Of a DNA stretch of 64,000 nucleotides, positions 58,638 to 64,000 are shown one piece after another. Position 1 is the stretch's first letter. Every line of letters starts with the position of its first letter. Under the pieces are notes generated by a model, which saw only the letters and a program-made list of their open reading frames with translations, was not told where the DNA came from and searched no databases. Position numbers and translations under genes: made by a program. Origin of the DNA: Octopus vulgaris (lineage: Eukaryota). The DNA is taken from assembly GCA_951406725.2 (NCBI GenBank), contig OX597819.1:40982001-41046000 (forward strand), read 5' to 3'.

Positions 58638-58783
58638 AAATAATATGTTACATTACTCAATAGTCAAGATAAAACTCTGAGTTTCAGATGCCGAACCGAA
58701 GAGATGGTGTTGTGGATTTCCACTTCGGCATCTGAAACTCAGAGTCTTATCTTGACTATTGAGTAATGTAACATATTATTTTA
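58636..58783. repeat. Near-perfect 60-bp inverted repeat overlapping a hammerhead-like motif
   Basis: Arms 58636-58695 and 58724-58783 with one mismatch and a 28-nt spacer. Confidence 0.9.
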
Positions 58784-58851
58784 TAGATAAATTTCCTCTA
58801 TTTACATAATATTGAGGTCTCTTTCTTTCTTTTGTTATCTCATCGTTTTTA

Positions 58852-58924
<73 letters not shown>

Positions 58925-58933
58925 TACATATAT

Positions 58934-58988
<55 letters not shown>

Positions 58989-59008
58989 GGCATACATATA
59001 TATATTAC

Positions 59009-59074
<66 letters not shown>

Positions 59075-59077
59075 ACA

Positions 59078-59118
<41 letters not shown>

Positions 59119-59120
<2 letters not shown>

Positions 59121-59316
59121 CGCAGAATTGGCTGTGTGGCAAGAAGTTTCCCTCCCAAACACATGGTACCGGGTTCAGTCACACTGCGGGGCACTTTGGG
59201 TAAGTAAGTGCTTTTTACTAAAGCCTCGGGCCGACCAAAGCCTTGTGAGTGGATATGGTGGACGGAAACCGAAAGAAGTCCCTCGTGTATGTATACACAT
59301 ACATGTATATGTGTGT

Positions 59317-59367
<51 letters not shown>

Positions 59368-59570
59368 TTTGTCTTCCTCTCTTGCCATCATCGCTTGGCA
59401 CTGATATTGTTGTGTTTACGTTCCCGTAAATTAGCGGTTCTGCAAAGACATCGATAGAATAAGTACAAGGCTTACAAAGAATAAGTCCTGGGGGTCGATT
59501 AGTTCGACTAAAGGCGGTGCTCCAGCATGGCCGCAGTCAAATGATTAAAACAAGTAAAAGATTAAAGAAT
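59119..59570 (+). mobile_element. SINE family B, full length
   Basis: Both halves around (TG)n. Confidence 0.85.
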
Positions 59571-59833
59571 TATTGTGTGTGAATGAGAGTGAGAGTGCGC
59601 GGTTTATATATCGATCTCTGATTAAGTAGACTATATTTCAAGAAAATACTCAATGAGTTATTGATGCAGATTCGATATTTCTTTTATTAAGAATGTGATG
59701 CCTTTCAACTGTACAATTGTTTCAACACAATCTTGTATTTCTTCAAAGGCCAAATTCAAAAGAGCTAAATCTGGCCGTTGTAGAAATACATTCACATATT
59801 GAAATAGTTGTAGCCGTTGCGAAGCACTATCTG

Positions 59834-60200
<367 letters not shown>

Positions 60201-60605
60201 ATATACGCACACATATATACATATATATAAACATGTGTTTATATATATATCTATATATCTATGTATGACTACCCCCTCTCTTTCTCTCTCTCTATATATA
60301 TCACAGGTGTATTGAAAAAGAAATAAATAAAGAAATATGACCCAAACCCAGGACTCATAAACATAAATGACACCCATGTAAATATATAAATAAAAAAAGA
60401 TGAATAATATTACTTGATGCTACAATAACCATATATAGAATATTACTAATACGAAAAATAAAAATCAAAAAAAAAAGCAAAATAAATAAAATAAAATGCT
60501 CACACCCAAAACCTATAGAAATATGGACGATTGTGTCGAGGATTTCCATAAAAAAATATCTATGTCCTCACAATAACACCAGCAATAACACCTAACAATG
60601 CCCTC

Positions 60606-60675
<70 letters not shown>

Positions 60676-61338
60676 CATTGCCACAGAGAACAACATCACC
60701 ACTACTACCACCACCAACAACAATAATAATAGTAGCAGCAGCAGTGACAAGAGCAATAACAAATAGAAATATAAGAATAACGATGTTTTGCATTGACACA
60801 AGGTCATGTATTTTGTGGGAGGAGGTCTTGTCGTCACCAGTGTTAGTACACCAGTAAAAAATAGTGAAGAACATCAATAAAATTACTCATTGTCAAAACG
60901 ACTTTTTCAGTAAGTACAAACGGAATATGTTCAATTCTCTTCAACCTCAGCCAACCAAAGAGCTCAAAAGAAGGTAAAATAATTTTGAGGATACAGTGAT
61001 TAGAGTTAGTAATTTAGCCTCAAGACCAGTAGTTTTTAAAGGAGCGAGTAGTCGATTAAATCTGCTCTAGTACTAGGGTTCAACTTCCAGCGGGAGTTGA
61101 ACTCAAAGCTAAAGAACCGGAAGGAATATCACAAGGTATTTTTCTGACACTGTAATGGTTCTGCCAGCTCACTAGTTTGGGACGAGATCGCCATTTAAGC
61201 ACAAGATCAGCATTTTTCTAGGAGTAGGTGTTGATATAATCGACCCGAATCCAGTACTAGGCTAAAAATATATTTTATCGACTCCACTTGGATGAAAGGC
61301 AAAGCTGACCACGGCAGTTTTTGGACTAAAGGTTTAGC

Positions 61339-61405
<67 letters not shown>

Positions 61406-64000
61406 TGTGTACAGTGCTCAGGTGCACTACAACTCATCTAAAGTGTATATATAATCAGGTGTAGTTTCGGCGGATTTCGGAAAGCATGAGGGCCTTAAAA
61501 GATGCAGTGTCATGGCAGTCAACAACTGACGCAGGCAGTTTATTCCATGCTTCAGCAACTCTGAGCGTGAAAAAATGTTTCCGAAAGTCATGGGAGCTGT
61601 ATTGTTTTCTGACTTTGTAGGCATGTCCACGTGTGTTAGACACATGGAGATCAAAAAGGTGTTCAGTGTTGTTGTTGGTGAGGTGGTTGATAACTTTGTG
61701 GGTGTTTACCAAGTCCGTCGCCAAACGCCGGAGCTTCAGTGAATCCATGCCCAGGGAAACAAGGCGCTCAGAATATGGTAGGTGTCTGATGGAGGGTATG
61801 CGTTTGGTTGCACGTCTCTGGACAGATTCCAGGAGGTCAATGTTCTGTGCAAGATAGGGGTTCCAAACTGATGATGCGAATTCCAAGTGTGGTCGTACCA
61901 TAGCTGTATACAGTTTTAAATAGATGGCTGGAGAGCGGCTAACAAAAGACCTGCTGAGTGATGCCAAGACACCCTCGGCCTTCCTGACAATCTTAGAGAT
62001 ATGCTTTGACCAACGCAAATCACTGCTGACAGTGATGCCTAGGTCACGCTCGCAAGAGGATTTCTTGATATCAGTGTTGTGGAGGGAGTAAGTGAACGCA
62101 GGGTTTTTTCTCCCAAAATGCATGGTGGTACACTTGTCCACAGCCAGTTTCAGTTGCCAGTCTGTGATCCATTGCTGCATTGTGTCTAGGTCTGATTGCA
62201 GGAAAGAGTTGTAGACATCAGGATCTGTCCTCTTGATTTCAAGGTACAGCTTGATGTCGTCTGCATATTTCAATACTGTGGCATTCTTTAAATTGGCATC
62301 TATGTCGTTAATGTATGCCACAAACAAGAGGGGACCAAGGACAGATCCCTGTGGTACACCCGATGACATCTCATATGGTGTAGAGTGCTGTCCTAGAACT
62401 GTGACTACCTCCTTTCGGCTGAGGATGAAGGATTTCAACCAGTTAAAAAGGTCATCCCCCACACCCATTGCAGAGAGTTTCACCATAAGCCTTTTGTGTG
62501 GCACAGAGTTGAAAGCCTTAGCAAAGTCAAGGTAGACAACATCCACCCATGAGCCACTGTCAGTAATCTGAGTAATGTCCTCAAGGAACTCGACAAGCTG
62601 GTCACTGCAGCTGGAGTTAGGGACAAATCCATATTGTGAGGGTCGGATGAGACTGTGAGAGCTCCAGAAGTTCCAGAGTGTTTCTCTGACACACGATTCC
62701 ATCAGTTTTGCAATACAGCTAGTGAGACTGACTGGGCGATAGTTGACAGGTGATGTGCGGTCGCCCTTTTTGAACAGAGGAATGACACTGGCAGTTTTCC
62801 ACTGCTCCGGAGTAGCACCATTGTTGAGACAGTACTGGAAGAAAATAGAAAGCTGGTGTAAAAGGAAGTGCCTGCCACGTTTGAGAAGCAGGTATGTAAC
62901 TCCATCGAGACCAGGGGAGGCATAGTTGCGCTTATTTTGAAGGTGACGTCGCAGCATTGCAGGTGTAAATTCCATAGTTGTTATGGAGTTTGCTGTTAGT
63001 GATGGTGAAGATGGTACATTTTGACTTTCAACAGTGAATATGTTTGCATAGCACTCGGCAATGAGTTCTGCGCATTCCTTGGGGTCGTCAGTGATCTGGT
63101 TTGTGTGAGGGTTGCGAAGAGGGCCCACTGGAGAGTGAGGTCTCTGCTTTGAGTGCACATATTTCCAGAAAACCTTGCTGTCAGGATTGGCTGCTATGCA
63201 CTGTTCAAATTCAAGCACTGCTTTTTTTGTCACTTGCTTGAGATGGTTGGAGGATTTATTCCGCTTCTTCCTGTTGGTGTCTGATTTATGCAACCTGTAT
63301 TCCCGTTCAGCAGTCCGACGTTCCCTCCTGGCAAGTCGGACCGCTGAAGTTTCCCAAATTGCCCTTTTGGGGCGGTTCTTCTTTTTTTGTTTACGTGGCA
63401 CTGATGCTGCACATGCTGCCCATATTGAGTCCAGGATACTCTGGAGTATAGTATTCACATCTCCAGAGTTGTAGAATTCACGCCAGTTTGGGTGCTGTAG
63501 TTCAGTGTGGTACAGGTTCCAATCTGCTCTCTTCCAATCGAAGGAAGCAGATTGGAGATGGTTCAGGTTTTTGTTGCCCGCAAGAGCCAGATTGGCGATG
63601 ATCATAGCATGATCAGAGTCACCTAGAGGTTCCTCCGTAGTGCAATTGATAACCGCTTCAGGAGTTGTGGTGAAGAGCAGGTCCAAGGTGTTGTCGCCTC
63701 TTGTTGGAGAGGTGACTACTTGTGACCAGTTTGAGTCCAGCACAAGCTCAACAAAATCGTTTGCACTCTGTGGCCAATGGAAGGTCTCCCAATCGATCTC
63801 AGGATGATTGAAATCGCCTGCAATAAACACATAAGTGGCTGTTTTCCTGGCAGCAGCTCGGAGGACATTGCAAAGCTGTGTGTCCCGATGGTAACTTGGG
63901 GGACGATAAACAACGCCAAGCAGGAGTGTTGACATGGTCATACGCACGTCACAGAAAAAAACTTCTTCTTGTGATTCGTTCAAATCGGCACAAGGAATTA
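61339..64000 (-). mobile_element. CR1-clade LINE, 3' 2.6 kb with short 3' UTR and (ATT)n tail
   Basis: Intact ORF2, 50-nt UTR with GTGC-ACCTGA-GCAC stem-loop, and tail at 61339-61404. Confidence 0.92.
61455..63998 (-). CDS. LINE ORF2: APE endonuclease + reverse transcriptase (5'-partial, frame open to the window edge)
   Basis: APE motifs VYRPP, GDFN, PTR..NTLDL, SDH; RT motifs PGLDG, NYRPVSLTS, QYGF, LDFAKAF, GVPQGSVLGPLLF, YADD; CR1-type C-terminus ERDLG, RPHLEF, VQRRATK, TRGH, WNKLP. Confidence 0.93.
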   Translation of the reverse strand: MPCADLNESQEEVFFCDVRMTMSTLLLGVVYRPPSYHRDTQLCNVLRAAARKTATYVFIAGDFNHPEIDWETFHWPQSANDFVELVLDSNWSQVVTSPTRGDNTLDLLFTTTPEAVINCTTEEPLGDSDHAMIIANLALAGNKNLNHLQSASFDWKRADWNLYHTELQHPNWREFYNSGDVNTILQSILDSIWAACAASVPRKQKKKNRPKRAIWETSAVRLARRERRTAEREYRLHKSDTNRKKRNKSSNHLKQVTKKAVLEFEQCIAANPDSKVFWKYVHSKQRPHSPVGPLRNPHTNQITDDPKECAELIAECYANIFTVESQNVPSSPSLTANSITTMEFTPAMLRRHLQNKRNYASPGLDGVTYLLLKRGRHFLLHQLSIFFQYCLNNGATPEQWKTASVIPLFKKGDRTSPVNYRPVSLTSCIAKLMESCVRETLWNFWSSHSLIRPSQYGFVPNSSCSDQLVEFLEDITQITDSGSWVDVVYLDFAKAFNSVPHKRLMVKLSAMGVGDDLFNWLKSFILSRKEVVTVLGQHSTPYEMSSGVPQGSVLGPLLFVAYINDIDANLKNATVLKYADDIKLYLEIKRTDPDVYNSFLQSDLDTMQQWITDWQLKLAVDKCTTMHFGRKNPAFTYSLHNTDIKKSSCERDLGITVSSDLRWSKHISKIVRKAEGVLASLSRSFVSRSPAIYLKLYTAMVRPHLEFASSVWNPYLAQNIDLLESVQRRATKRIPSIRHLPYSERLVSLGMDSLKLRRLATDLVNTHKVINHLTNNNTEHLFDLHVSNTRGHAYKVRKQYSSHDFRKHFFTLRVAEAWNKLPASVVDCHDTASFKALMLSEIRRNYT

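Noticed and set aside
61633-63919. Short ORFs overlapping or antisense to LINE ORF2
   Set aside because: Shadow frames of the LINE coding sequence

Overview
AT-rich animal DNA saturated with microsatellites. The SINE set and repeat density suggest an octopus (coleoid cephalopod); this is inferred from the sequence, not verified. The window reads as intergenic or deep-intronic, and no host protein-coding gene can be supported: almost all ORFs in the track are translations of simple repeats. Contents: dozens of tRNA-derived SINEs of at least four families; mariner, hAT and GG-terminated MITEs with target-site duplications (TSDs); Helitron ends; decayed RLE-type (R4/Dong-like) and RTE-like LINE fragments; and one uninterrupted CR1-clade ORF2 (APE endonuclease + RT) that runs off the right edge. 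The most interesting signal is a set of at least five unrelated repeats, several in inverted arrangements like Penelope pseudo-LTRs, carrying type I hammerhead-ribozyme-like motifs with palindromic helix III and unusual cores (G3:C8 swap, U6, C4, long helix II). Also notable: single-headed head-to-tail SINE multimers sharing one junction at two loci, and a tandem duplication that looks like a consensus mosaic. All structures were folded by eye and most repeat boundaries are approximate.
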